In this document: in pieces, positions 63,601-64,000 of the stretch
How the letters are laid out: each line of letters begins with the position of its first letter
Position numbering within the stretch: position 1 is the stretch's first letter
Assembly (NCBI GenBank): GCA_965112735.1
Contig: OZ218952.1
Span: 1,426,001 to 1,490,000 of the forward strand
Length of the DNA: 64,000 nucleotides
Source of the DNA: Phaeosaccion multiseriatum
Lineage: Eukaryota > Protista > Ochrophyta, other classes
Direction of reading: 5' to 3'
Made by a program: the position numbers and the translations under genes
Notes under the pieces: model-generated
What the model was told of the DNA's origin: nothing
The model's input: the letters and a program-made list of their open reading frames with translations, nothing else
The model's database searches: none

Positions 63601-64000
63601 TGTGGGGCGCCTCTCGGCCTCCATGAGCGAAATTGTTGCCCTGGCAAGGTCACAGGACGATGCTGCTGCTGCCGCGACTGTTGCGGCAGAGCTCGATGCA
63701 GGAGGAGGAGGAGGAGGAGGAGGAGGAGGAGAAGGAGAAGGAGCAGGAGGAGAAGGGGCAGCAGCAGCAGCAGGAGGAGGAGGAGGAGGAGGAAGCATGG
63801 CGAGTCCAGTACCAGTGTCACCGGGAGGATCTACGACAAGCTCTGTCCCCGCCGGGGCTTCTTTCCCTCCGGCGTCTGTGGACGGATCTGTAGACGCCCC
63901 TCCCATGCATGGACAGGTGTGTGTAGATGGCAGTGGATGGGAGAGTGAGTGATCCTGCCTCTTTGCCTCTCTGTCTGTCTTTTTGCCTTTTGACCCTCTG
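55845..64000 (+). CDS. FAB1: 1-phosphatidylinositol-3-phosphate 5-kinase FAB1/PIKfyve, 5' part; kinase domain lies beyond the right edge
   Basis: FYVE domain [41 protein letters not shown] domain [56 protein letters not shown]. Conserved region [22 protein letters not shown]. Start at 55845 inferred from a phase-consistent exon 1. Confidence 0.93.
59152..59390. repeat. (GGGCATGTGT)n 10-bp minisatellite starting at a FAB1 splice donor
   Basis: About 22 units immediately after CAG|GT at 59150/59151. Confidence 0.95.
59515..59741. repeat. Irregular CTCTGTCCTGACAC repeat array ending at a FAB1 acceptor
   Basis: Repeated CCTGACAC units; the last reads CCTGACACCAG|GTG. Confidence 0.85.

Overview
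Eukaryotic nuclear DNA: GC-rich, intron-dense and full of microsatellites. Bipartite plastid presequences (signal peptide followed by Phe) on APE1 and PGRL1 point to an alga with a secondary red plastid, probably an ochrophyte; the species cannot be fixed from sequence. I assembled ten protein genes by hand from splice signals and protein motifs: ATM/TEL1 (minus, about 40 exons, runs off the left edge), an intronless hypothetical gene, a PH-domain PP2C phosphatase, a flavin amine oxidase, an ankyrin protein, APE1 (DUF2854), a Rubisco-LSMT-like SET protein, CWC22, PGRL1, and FAB1/PIKfyve (runs off the right edge). Eight of these form four head-to-head pairs. No tRNA, rRNA, transposase or CRISPR array was seen. 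The main unexplained signal is two short dispersed words: motif A GCAGCAGTTGGTGATACAGC (11 exact copies of its 11-nt core plus variants) and motif B GGGATGGCAGTGGATGGG (10 exact copies of its 12-nt core plus variants). Both occur on both strands, in introns and in coding exons, where they write peptides such as AVGDTA, QQLVIQ, AVSP, MAVDG and DGSGW. In introns their orientation is polarised, and several copies directly supply the 3' splice site. Family assignments rest on remembered motifs, not database searches. Counts and exon boundaries were made by eye.
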